A stretch of DNA of 64,000 nt from Hydrolagus colliei (taxonomy: Eukaryota). Positions within the stretch are counted from its first letter, which is position 1; every line of letters begins with the position of its first letter. Location: the NCBI GenBank assembly GCA_035084275.1, contig CM068763.1:7874001-7938000 (forward strand), in the 5' to 3' direction. The translations under genes were made by a program, and so were the position numbers. Below the pieces are notes generated by a model. The model ran no database searches. It saw only the letters and a program-made list of their open reading frames with translations, and was not told where the DNA came from. Shown in pieces: positions 1-11,299 of this stretch.

Positions 1-854
1 AACGCGGCAGCCAATTGTGCACAAGAGGCGTTCCACAAACAGTCCTGGATCAAACAGGCCTGCCTTCAAATAAACAGTCACTACACTTTACAGCAATCGC
101 TTTGAGACTATTAATTAAATAGGCGCTGCTTCGAATGCAAGTATTATTATCTGTTTATTTTAGACGGGCAGTCTGGCAGAAACTCATGGTGTGATCTGAG
201 ATGTAATAGATGAGCTGGAGGACAAACGTACAAAACAATGCAGCCACATTTTAGTAAGAGATTTTTTTTTTGGCAAGCAAATCATTTATTCCAAACTTAG
301 AAACTCCAGCATCCAATTCATGTTATTTCCTTTAGTTGTTGAAAGCGCCTTTCTCTCTTCCAGCTCCTGTCCACAAACACAACAGCCCATAATTACAATG
401 CTCCTCAGTTAAAACTTGACTTCACATGAACTTTCGTCCCCACCCAAAGTGCTTTGTGTCCATTACAGAGAGTTATAAATCTGATTTAGTTTATTTTACT
501 GTCACTACCTCATTCCTTCTTCCTTCAGTTTTTCCTAGCATAGGCTAAACTTTTCTCATCCGTACCCATTTATCTAGATTTCACCTAGATTTTACAGTAA
601 ACACCTGATAACAAGTCACTCCAAGGGAAAAGGGCTCAGTTATCCAGAATTATCCAGAGTGACAAGTTTGGCACATGTGTCAATACATAAATAAATGTGG
701 CTGAGATACTGACAGCATGACTTACGTGGTAATGACAATTTAACAATACCAACAAATTGCCTTTATATACTGTGGAGCCTTTCGCGTTGGGGTGACGTAG
801 CAGAGAAGTTAAGACAGGGTCAAGTTATCAAGAGTTTACTGCAACCACTTTGGA

Positions 855-1235
855 ATAATAATAATCCTTGCATTTGATATATCACTTAATGACATCGTTG
901 AGGCATCTCAAAGCGCTTCACAGAATATAATAATAATATTCCTTGCATTTGATATAGCACTTTTCACGACTTCTCAATGTCTCAAAGCGCTTCACAGAAT
1001 ATACGGTAAAGTGAATTGACTGTATATTTGTGGGGGAAAAGCAGCAGCCAACTGCACACAGCAGTATCCCACAAACAGTTGTCGATTGAAATGACCAATT
1101 TTTTTGGGGAGGGATTATTATCAGGCATGTGGGGTAAGGAAACTTGCCCAAGGTTTTGCCCTGACCTGCCGGGAATTGAACCCAGGTCTCTCGCTTGCAA
1201 GGCGAGTGTTCTAACCTCTGAGCTACAGGAGTCTA
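855..1235 (-). mobile_element. tRNA-derived SINE (full copy about 926-1235, plus an extra 3' tail about 855-925)
   Basis: Minus strand has a tRNA-like head (GTAGCTCAGAGGTTAGAAC...GGTTCAATTCC; A/B boxes), a central CTGTTTGTGGGA..CTGCTGTGTGCAGTTGGCTGC block, an L2-type 3' hairpin and a (TTA)n tail; the same sequence recurs across the window. Confidence 0.9.
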
Positions 1236-3762
1236 CTGTAAAGTGGATTGACGGTTGTACTTTTTGGGGGCCGAAGCTTTAACCTAAATTGCTGCCGCTC
1301 TCACTCTCTGGGCTCACACCTGGGGAATGCTCACCTGTGGAGGGAGGTGCCTGTGGAACCCCCTTGAGCACCAGGCAGCGCCTTCAGGAAAGGGAGCCAA
1401 AGTTTGCGACTGCGAGTCCACCCAGCCATTAGCCACGAGAATGTCGATCTAAATAAGATAATGCCAAATGATTTCACCGGCCGGCCTGCGATCAGAAAGT
1501 TCAACAAACATCGTCCATCTGCTCCGGGTGTGAAAGAAAAAGACCGTTAATCCTGGGAGCGGTGGCAGTATGTAACAGCTACCAGTCACAGGCTATCACA
1601 GAGATCTCTCGCTCTCACACACACACACATATACATACATACAAGCTGCAACTAATCAGAGAGGAGGCAGCAGCCTGGGGGTGAAAGGGCAGACATGAGC
1701 CAGCGAAATCAGCAGGATCCGATTTATGGATCTGTCTCCCAATGTGAAACTGGTTCAGATTACACACCCATAAATCTGATTTTTGGGAATAATTTCAGTT
1801 CACGTCTCTCAGGACATTTATCCAAACAGCGTGGCCGGAGCCTGGGACCCACCCGACTTAGGTGTGGGAATGGAATCAGGCTTTGTATGATCACTTTACA
1901 ATATAATTCACTTGACCGTATATTCTGTGAACTGCTTTGAGACCCCCCCAAACAGGTGATAAGCCGCTATATCAAATACAAGGATTATTATTATTATTAT
2001 TATTATTATTGATGTAATCTGGGGAGTAACATCAAATACTTTGTTAGATTTGTTCCACAAATCTGTCTTCCCAGCACAAGACAAGGGCCATCAGAGGTCA
2101 CTGTGGAAGAAGTGTGTGGAATAAGAAAGGGAAAGAGGTTGGGGATTAGCCAGGGGCAGGTCAGGGGGGGTGGTGGGGACGGGCTATATGACTTAACCCT
2201 GAAAGGTAAGAGTGCGATACGCCTTGTTCCACAACTCAACAATCACTTATTGTCCCCCACCCAACCCGTCCCTCCCCCACCCCCACCCTCCACCCTCCAC
2301 TCTCCACACACAGTGTTAATGTGATCGTTTTCAACTTGCATCTTGGTATAAACGAGATTTTGTTTGGTCAGCTGTGTGTCTGACACACGCCTGAACCCAT
2401 TCAACCCATTTCTTAAGAATAAGCAAACCCGACTAATAGTTGCACAAATGCATGCGGACCACACACACACACGGAAACCTCCCCCAGTGAGATGGTTTTG
2501 GGACCAGCGCCCTGGGTGATGGCAGGTGTCCTGCGAACAGTTTGTGTAAAACTGGCCAGTTTTCACATGATCGCAAAAGAGGTCGGGTGATTTCAAGTGA
2601 CTTAAGAATACTCATCCAACTGTCCTCTCTTGACATTGTTAAGGTTTTTCTCAGCCTCCTGCCTGGTCTTAACAATGCCTTTGGGCAAACCATTCCAGTC
2701 GTTCATTACCCTCTGTGTAAATAATTACTTCCTTGGCCAGTGGAACCCACGACTTCTTGTTTAGTTGCCTTCGGTAGGTTAGCTTGGGAGTTGGAACTTG
2801 TGTCAGCCTGACTCAGTGGCAGCGCTCTCTCTCTCTCTCCTCCCGAGTCAGGTTGTGGGTAAAAGTGGCCTTAACGTTAATGTTAAACATGTTTCGCTTT
2901 TGTAAAGGTTTGATTTAATGAGTTTAAAGAGTTAAGAGAATTTGCAGCGTCTGGTTTCTGCCAGATGGCTGGCGCGAGACGTGGAAATGTCAGACCAGAG
3001 GGAGGAACGGCAAGAGAGCTTTGCTCTGCCTCTAACCCGGGCTCCACTGGAGCCTTTGATATCAAACCCTGTTTCCAAAAAAACACAGCTAAAGAAAACT
3101 TGTAGCACTTGGCTTTCCTTGCCTCCCCTCCCCCGCTCCAACGCCACTTCCCACGGCGCAGGTGGGAGATGTGATTTTTGAACTCTTTTAAGATTGACAG
3201 CGTTTCAGAGAATCCCGAATTTTGGCAAAATTCTCCACTGAGCCTCAATTGTGAAGTTGTTTTTCAGTAAGTTTCTTTTGAGCACTGTAGGCAATCACGG
3301 AGTTCACGATTAAGACCGAATTTAGCAATTGCCACATCAATAAGAGTGTATTTAAGAAGGGTAAGGGCCTTCTTGAACAAAGCAAATCCATGTCAGGAAA
3401 TACTTTCACATTTTCAAATTTTATCCATATAATAATCACTTCGTTTTACAGTATATTCTGTGACTCGCTTTGAGACATCTGAACGATGTGATGAGACTCT
3501 ATAACAAATGCAAGCATTATTATTATTATTATTATTAGGCAATCAGTGGCTGTGCTCACACAGCTAAACAACAATGACCTGCAGTTATATAGTGCCCCTC
3601 ACGCCAGGTAGCAACTCAGAGCACTTTTTCGGAAAAGTTTCTGGTCAGACGCAATTTGCCTGCGGGAGACAGTGACGGGGTCAGATTTTATCACCATTTA
3701 TTTGCTCCTCACCAATTCCCCCACCGCACATTCTCCCACTCGTCCAGAACTTGGATAAAACT

Positions 3763-3768
3763 TTTATT
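3763..3768 (-). promoter_or_regulatory. Candidate polyadenylation signal (AATAAA) for FAM110D
   Basis: tttatt on + strand, about 550 bp downstream of the FAM110D stop codon. Confidence 0.45.
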
Positions 3769-4313
3769 AAACTTTGCATTCCAGTTACAAAAATGTCAAA
3801 CCTTTGTATCAAATACAGAAACATACATTCCAACGCCACCGGGTTTCGGAAACAAAGTTAAGTGGCTGGCGACCGGTTGTGTGAATTATAAATATAATGC
3901 ACATTTAATACTTAACAGTTGACAGCTAAACGCATGCCTGGAGTCACAGAGAGTGCGTGCAAGTGTGTGTGTGTGTGTGTTTACACTTGTATGTAAGCGT
4001 GTGCACATGCGTGCACCAAAACGTCTATGTGATTGCCGGATGCAGTGTGTATACACCGAGCTCTCATGGAGCAAATGACGGGTGGCGTGGGTGGGTGGGT
4101 GGTTGGAGTTGTGGGGGGGTTAACCCAGCTTATTACACTCTCAAAATAAAATATTACACCTTAAATATAAGCCTCATGAGTAAATTCTGAAGGCTGAGCT
4201 CGGCTCTGCTCCTCCCAGACAGAGCCTTGGTCTACGTGACTGTCTTGTCTGCCCACAATTCATTCAATGGTCAGGTTGCCTGCCCCTCCCTCCCTCTCGC
4301 TCTCTCTCTCTCT

Positions 4314-5336
4314 CTACACGGTAGATTCCCTCGGCCCTTCCTTGGCCTTTTTACAGCCATACAGCCATTTGATGACCCGTGCGTTGCGTTCGATGACGGA
4401 CACCTCAGCGGGGACCTGTCTGTTCATTTCCTCTTCGAAAATTCCCTCCCTGTCCGCGCTGTGCGCGCCCGGCTCGCTGCTGTGTGAGGTGGCCGTGCCG
4501 CTGGGCTGGGGTCTGGCCGAGGCCAGGTGCCGAACAACCTCCGGGTCCAGCCCACAGTCGTTGAAGAAACGTTCAGCCTCTGAGAGAGCCACGGACGAGC
4601 GCTGGTCAGGGTCAGAGTTCACACTCCGCACAGCGGCCTCGCTCACCCTCGCCGACCTTTGAAGCCGGGCGCGACAGGCGGCCGGAGAGGTGGCGCCGTT
4701 TGCGTGCGGGTACAGGAACACGTAATCGTTCTTGGCGTCCGGCGCTGAGTTACCGGAGGCATTGACGTGCCGGGCTCTCCCGCCGTCCCTCACGCGGTCC
4801 AGGGAGGCCGTCTGTTTCTCTCTCACCGACCCCCGGAACAGCCGGCGGATGAAGCCGTAGCTTCGGCCGCTCTCCGGGGCTCGGCCTTTGCCGTCCCACT
4901 TCTGCCGGTACATGATCAGGGAGTCGGGCCTCGGCATTCTCCTGGCGTTGGCCCGCCGGGCGGTGGGCAGGTCCTGGGAAGCCCCGTCCAGCAGAACATT
5001 CTGCACGTTCTTCAGCAGCTCGAGGTTGGTGTTCTCCTTGGTGGTGTGGCCTGCGCCGGGCTGGAGGCGGCTGAGATCGGCCGCGCTTGGCTGACCCTGG
5101 TATCCGCGGGAGTGACCGGGCGGCGCCGACGTGGCTCGGGACGGAGAGGCCGGATCCTGCCGGCTGCTCACGGCCGGCTGGCTCTTGACGTACTTGGCCT
5201 TGTCGGCTTCCAGCCGTTCGACGGCGCTACGCACGGGGCTCCTGTCCTCGCTTTGCATTTGCCGCCGTAGATACTCCGGGCCTCTGTTGAGCAGCCGCAG
5301 AGGGGACGGCGAGCTCACCGGGGTCCCAGGCTTCAT
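4314..5336 (-). CDS. FAM110D: Protein FAM110D (single coding exon, 340 aa)
   Basis: FAM110 N-terminal motifs PLRLLNRGPEYLRRQ and SAVERLEADKAKYVKS; C-terminal ERFFNDCGLD and SVIERNARVIKWLYGC..RESTV; GC/CpG-rich coding composition; lies downstream of PDIK1L in the same orientation, as in human. Confidence 0.9.
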   Translation of the reverse strand: MKPGTPVSSPSPLRLLNRGPEYLRRQMQSEDRSPVRSAVERLEADKAKYVKSQPAVSSRQDPASPSRATSAPPGHSRGYQGQPSAADLSRLQPGAGHTTKENTNLELLKNVQNVLLDGASQDLPTARRANARRMPRPDSLIMYRQKWDGKGRAPESGRSYGFIRRLFRGSVREKQTASLDRVRDGGRARHVNASGNSAPDAKNDYVFLYPHANGATSPAACRARLQRSARVSEAAVRSVNSDPDQRSSVALSEAERFFNDCGLDPEVVRHLASARPQPSGTATSHSSEPGAHSADREGIFEEEMNRQVPAEVSVIERNARVIKWLYGCKKAKEGPRESTV

Positions 5337-6307
5337 TGTGCAGAGATTAATGGTAGGCCGGGGCCATCCACAAATCTAGAGCACGAGATGACATCCAGAT
5401 TCTCTCACATGTCCAACAGCTGAAGTCAGGTTACCTGGTGATGTGAATCAACCAATGTCTCTATCAGACACTCAGCGCCCAAGTTCACACAGCTGATCTT
5501 TGGGCGTCCGCCTGAAAATAATGAAAGCGACAATTATCAAACTATTTCCTGACTCCGAGGTACTCATCCTCGCTCTAATCACGTCCAGCCTCGGGCACGG
5601 GATGGTGTCCACGCGTGTCTTGTTACCTGGTGTGAACTCTCCGCGTCTGGAAACTTTTTCCAGGGGAAAGTTGGGAAGCACGTCCGGGAGAAGTTATCCG
5701 GCATCTCCTCACCCCCGTCAACGGGGAGCCACGACGAGCGCTCAAACAGCACGAGTGATTCTGGGAAAATAGAGAAAGTAATCCATCATCTGAATTCATG
5801 AAGCGTACGGGGCTGAGAATCGATGTGAAGTGAATCAAATCAGCTGCTGACGTTTAGTATTGGATCATCTGCCAACGTGGATTTGACAGAAACTAACAAA
5901 AAAAATTCGGTCAGCTGGGCGTCTGACACATCACGCAGAAACTCATCACCATGCTTGAGTGTATCCAAACCAAACTGAGATGTCCACACATCTCAACTAT
6001 GCATGGAAATCCCGGAGATAGACTGTTGGAATGGGACGAGCATCCTGTCTCTGGAGGGAGAGAGAGGGAAGCCATTCACTGCGATGAATCCATTTGGTCA
6101 AATCTCCTGGCTTCCCGGAATCGATTTCTCAATATGTCTCAATATTTCTCAATCTAGTTTCTCCCTGTCTGAGGAAAGTTGCGATTGGGATGGATTGCAT
6201 CTTGAAGGAGCAGAAACGGCCAAACGAAAAAAATTGGGCCAAATGATTTTCAACTGAGTGGTAGATTTATACAGTTATGTGGATTGGAACAGCGCAGGGG
6301 GACAGGA

Positions 6308-6670
6308 TTAATAATAATAATAGTAATAATAATCCTTGCATTTGATATAGCGCTTTTCACATCTTATTGACGTCTCAAAGCGCTTCACAGAATATACTGT
6401 CAAGTGAATTGAATGTGTATTTGTGGGCAAAACGTGGCAGCCAATTGCGCACAGCAGCGTCCCATAAAAAGTCGTGGATGGAAAATGACCAAGTTTTATT
6501 GTGTTTTTTTTCAGGGAGGTATTATTATTAGGTGTATTATTATAAGGAAACTTGCCCAAGGTTTCGCCCTGACTTAGTTTTGCAGTTTCGCCCTGACCTG
6601 CCTGGATTCGAACCACAGGTCTCATGCTTGTAAAGCGAGTGCTCTAATCACTGAGCTACAGGAACTCCAT
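6308..6670 (-). mobile_element. tRNA-derived SINE, full length
   Basis: Same head, body, hairpin and (TTA)n tail as other copies; small internal duplication of gtttcgccctgac. Confidence 0.9.
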
Positions 6671-6976
6671 AATTAGAGAGTAGAGAACGTCACTGGAGAA
6701 GCTTTTCAGGGCACTGAATAGCCCTCTCGTGTCACTTAATTTCAATGACTCTGTCCTGGGAACACAGTGGAGAGGACAGTGTAAATCACAGAGCGTCAAA
6801 AGGTCTCGCACCTCCAGGAGGTAGAGCTAGAGTTGGGAATGCTTACCCATTTAGGGCTTAGTTTTGCTCAGTTGTCTTGGGGGGCCATTCGTCAACAACA
6901 ACAGATTACATTTATATAGCGGCTTTCACGCCGTGCAGTCCCTGCGCACACTCCGAGGGACCTGAGTTTGATTAGT

Positions 6977-7078
6977 CTGATCGGCAGGGCTGATCGGCAG
7001 GGCTGGCAGGGCTGATCGGCAGGGCTGATCGGCAGGGCTGGCAGGGCTGATCGGCAGGGCTGATCGGCAGGGCTGATC
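6977..7078. repeat. GC-rich minisatellite (CTGATCGGCAGGG 13-mer and CTGGCAGGG 9-mer)
   Basis: Unit order 13,13,9,13,13,9,13,13 plus partial, read directly. Confidence 0.95.
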
Positions 7079-7734
7079 TGTTGGGAGCTGGGCCTGTATC
7101 CCTCCCTGTACCGCACACCGCTAATCACAGCTGCACAACACACTGACTGAGAGCTAGCTTTGATCTTAACACACCGTTGAGGCTTTCATGTTAGCTGCAG
7201 GCAGTAGAAATATTACACGTTTGCCTTTTATTCAGTGGATGAAAGGGCTGGAGTTTGCAGAGAAGGAGACCAGTATTAAGTTTTAGACCTCTATTCTCAA
7301 GTAAAATGGGAAACATGCGCAAATCCTTTGTAAACTCTTTGTGTGTGTGTGTGTGCGTGTGTATAAAAAGGGTGACAGAATTGTGTGTGTGCATTGTCGC
7401 TAGTTATTGCTGAAGAAGGCCAGTGTGTTGTTGGGTGGGAGAGGGGGGGGTGGGGGTGGTGTTGGGGGCAGTGGAAATCCGCCAAGTACAGTCTAATCTG
7501 CATGAGTCAATGGCAATGGGAGGAATGGGGTCAAGATGGTTTGGGGCTGAGCTCAATGATGAACCTGGGGCTCACTGTTCACAGCTGGCCAGAGACGGGT
7601 GTACGATGAGAGCGAAATGTATCCACCCAGTCTTAGTCTGCAGGACTAGTTCAATTTATAATTTTAGGTTTTGCTGAATTGTCAAAAATTAATACAGTGT
7701 TTTACAATAACAACAAAATGCATATGTATTCCGC

Positions 7735-8656
7735 CTTTCATGTCCGACATCGAATCGTGGACGAGGGACAACTTTTTGCAATTGAACGTGAATAAGACCG
7801 AGGCCCTCCTGATTGGCTCAAGCCAGCGCCTCCGCACATCGGGCGCTGCCAGCCTCAACATCCAAGGCTGCACTCTCCACCTCACAAAGCCAATCAGGAA
7901 CCTCGGCATCATGTTCGATCAAAAACTTTCCTTCCTCCTCCACATCCGCGCCTTGACCGGCACCGCCTATTTCCATCTGCGCAACATTGCCAGGCTCCGC
8001 AACTATCTTACCCCCCGCGCTGCCGAAACACTCGTGCATGCATACATTACCTCATGGCTGGATTACGGAAATTCTCTCCTAGTCGGCCTCCCCAGTTCCT
8101 CCATTCATAGGCTGCAGGCCATCCAAAACTCTGCAGCCCGTGTACTATCCTGCACCCGCCTCCGTGACCACATAACCCCCACCCTCTCCCGTCTCCACTG
8201 GCTCCCCATCCTCCAGAGGATCGAATTTAAGATCCTCGTCCTCACCTATAAGGCCTTACACGGCCTTGCCCCATCCTACCTAGCCAATCTCTCCCCCTAC
8301 ATGCCCACCCGGACCCTCCGTTCAACAGGACTTGGCCTGCTCCAAGCCCCCCGCCCGAACCGCCCCACCATCGGAGGCCGGGCCTTCAGTTTCTCCGCTC
8401 CCACCTTATGGAATGCCATCCCTCAATCCCTCCTTTTCGCCTCATCCCTTTCCTCTTTCAAGGCCGATTTGAAGACTTTCCTCTTCGATCGTGCCTTTTG
8501 TTCCACCCCGAACTCTTTTACCTCCCCTTCGTGTTTCACCCCTTCCCAAACACTCCCCTCCCAGCTCGGGTCACACGCCTCTTGTTTAGCGCCTTGGGAC
8601 GTCCTCCCGACGTGAAAGGCGCTATATAAATGTAAATTGTTGTTGTTGTTGTTGTT
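7735..8656 (+). mobile_element. L2-clade LINE, 5'-truncated; ORF2 C-terminal part still open
   Basis: ORF 7671-8615 (SDIESWTRDNFLQLNVNKTEALLIG...HITPTLSRLHWLP..RIEFKIL) typical of L2 ORF2; ends in a 3' hairpin and (TTG)n tail; same family as 39660-41270. Confidence 0.92.
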
Positions 8657-8749
8657 CATGTCAGGAAGACATCCAGTTTTACAAAGAATGTGCAACACAG
8701 ACACAGGTCGTTCAGCGCACCCCGTCTGTGCCGGTCGCGGTTTGTAATT

Positions 8750-9060
8750 TGGAGCCCCGTAGCTCAGTGATTAGAGCACTCGCCTTTACAAGCGAGAGAC
8801 CTGGGTTCAATTCCAGACAGGGCGAAACTTTGGGCAAGTTTCCTAACTCCACACGCTTAATAATAATCCTTTTTTAAAAAGTTGTTCATTTCAATCCACA
8901 TCTGGGGACACTGCTGTGCGAAATTGGCTGCCGCGTTTCACCCACAAACATACAGTCAATTCACTTTACAGTATATTCTGTGAAGCGCTTTGAGTCGTCG
9001 AGAAGACGTGAAAAGTGCTAGATCAAATGCAAGGATTACCATTATTACTGCATTAGTATT
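8750..9060 (+). mobile_element. tRNA-derived SINE, full length
   Basis: GTAGCTCAGTGATTAGAGCACTCGCCTTTACAAGCGAGAGACCTGGGTTCAATTCC head, conserved body and tail. Confidence 0.9.
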
Positions 9061-9489
9061 ATATAATTTAGAAGTCGATTTTCTCTTCTTAACAACTTCA
9101 GAAAAACAGCTTTGAATTAGCCTGAATTTAAGAATTGTCCACGAGCTGATGTGAAGGGCCGAGGCCTGCTGTGATTCTCTGTCTCTCTGGCTGAGTCTGC
9201 CACGAATCGGTGACAATGAAGACATTTGCTCAGAGGGAAGGGGAATTATCCGGACATGTCATCCACTGGCACAATTGTCCAGCCAGGCAACGTGGGGTAG
9301 ATTTATTGGCTCTGACCTTTTCAACTCAGTGACACTGGCTGAAGGCCCGCAGTGTTGTGGTGAGAGGTTTAGAAGCTTTTCATCTCTCTGACCTAATGGT
9401 GTGAGGAGAATAACCCTCATTGACTACAGGTGGTCACTGCATTTTATAACCCCCAATAAAGGAAGTGCCTCAAACAGACAGCATTTGCT

Positions 9490-10650
9490 GTGTCACATTA
9501 CTCGCCTCTGACCATTACCTCACCCCCACCCCCCCCCTCCTACCCCCACCCCCCACAACGCAGCTGAAATCCTCATCTACACCTTTGCTACCTTCTGTCT
9601 CGGTTACTCCAATGCCCTCCTAACCGGTCTCCCCAGCTCCGCCACCCACAAACTACAATTGATTATTATTATTATGATTAGTGATTCAGTTGCCCGTATT
9701 CGCACCCTCCCCCCCCCACCCCCACACACTAAACTTTGTATCTCCATCACCCCAGTCCTCAACAGGCATCACTCGTTCCTTGTCACAGACTAACAACAAA
9801 CAAAAAATTACAAGTGTACAGCGCCATTCACGTCAGGAGGACGTCCCAAGGCACTGGACAATCATTGTTTCAGACCCGAGCTGAGGTCGGGGAGGGTGGA
9901 GGGAAAGGGGGGGATTTGGGGTGATCGATGGGACCGTCAAAGAGGCAGGTCTTGAAGGAGGCCGGGAGGGGGCAAGACAGATGGATTTGGGGATGGAGTT
10001 CCAGAGGTTGGGGGGAGAGTAGCTGGAGGCTTGTCCGCTGAGGGTGGGGCAGATGGGTCAGGGGATGTAGAGGAGGTCGGAACCTGCTGAGCAGAGGGGG
10101 CGGGCAGGTTGGTAGAGAGTAGGATGTCACAGATATAGGGTGGGGCGAGGCAGTGGAGGGCTTTGAATGTGAAAAGCCTGACTTCAAGATCCTCCCACTC
10201 ATCTACAAATGCCTTCACACCCTTGTACCTCCCTACCCAGATAATTATTTGGGAAGGACGTTTGCAGGGCTATGGGGATAGTGCGGGGATTGGGATTGAG
10301 TTTGACAACTCTTTTCAAAGTGCCATCAATGACACAATGGGCCTAATGGCCTCGTTCTGTGCTGTATAATTCAATGAGTCTATATCTCTCTGACCTGCTT
10401 ACCCTACTCTACTGCCACCATTGGCAGACAAGCCTTTAGTCACTCTGCCCCCAACCTCTGGAACTCCATCCCGCAGCCTCTACCTCACCCCATCCCGGCC
10501 TCCTTCAAGTCCTGCCTCAAGTCCCTCCTCTTTGACGGTCCCATCGGTCACTCCAAATCCCCCGCTTTCCCTCCACCCTGTCTGTCAAGAGCCTTGGGAT
10601 GTCCACCCGACGTGAATGGCACTAATGAAGTGTAATTTTGTTGTTGTTTA
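9490..10650. mobile_element. Nested cluster: old + strand L2, a - strand L2 3' end (about 9795-10190) and a CR1 3' end (about 10240-10385)
   Basis: L2 ORF2/3'UTR motifs on both strands with (TTG)n tails at about 9795 and 10645; CR1-like 3' end gggctatgggga...gggcctaatggcc...ctgtgctgt. Confidence 0.75.
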
Positions 10651-10721
10651 CTTGGCTGGCTCCTGCTTCCTGCTCACCCCTCGTCCCCTCCGCTCCACCA
10701 TCGGCCTCCGCGCTTTCAGAC

Positions 10722-11299
10722 NNNNNNNNNNNNNNNNNNNNNNNNNNNNNNNNNNNNNNNNNNNNNNNNNNNNNNNNNNNNNNNNNNNNNNNNNNNNNNN
10801 NNNNNNNNNNNNNNNNNNNNNNNNNNNNNNNNNNNNNNNNNNNNNNNNNNNNNNNNNNNNNNNNNNNNNNNNNNNNNNNNNNNNNNNNNNNNNNNNNNNN
10901 NNNNNNNNNNNNNNNNNNNNNNNNNNNNNNNNNNNNNNNNNNNNNNNNNNNNNNNNNNNNNNNNNNNNNNNNNNNNNNNNNNNNNNNNNNNNNNNNNNNN
11001 NNNNNNNNNNNNNNNNNNNNNNNNNNNNNNNNNNNNNNNNNNNNNNNNNNNNNNNNNNNNNNNNNNNNNNNNNNNNNNNNNNNNNNNNNNNNNNNNNNNN
11101 NNNNNNNNNNNNNNNNNNNNNNNNNNNNNNNNNNNNNNNNNNNNNNNNNNNNNNNNNNNNNNNNNNNNNNNNNNNNNNNNNNNNNNNNNNNNNNNNNNNN
11201 NNNNNNNNNNNNNNNNNNNNNNNNNNNNNNNNNNNNNNNNNNNNNNNNNNNNNNNNNNNNNNNNNNNNNNNNNNNNNNNNNNNNNNNNNNNNNNNNNNN
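10722..11299. other. Assembly gap (578 N)
   Basis: Run of N; both flanks are L2 3'-region sequence. Confidence 1.

Noticed and set aside
918-1282. Recurring short ORFs such as ...QSIHFTVYSVKRFETS...KCKDYYY across the window
   Set aside because: Translations of the same SINE sequence, not a gene family
4267-5379. Plus-strand ORFs overlapping FAM110D (and similar ones over PAQR7 and the LINEs)
   Set aside because: Antisense or alternative-frame shadows of GC-rich coding sequence
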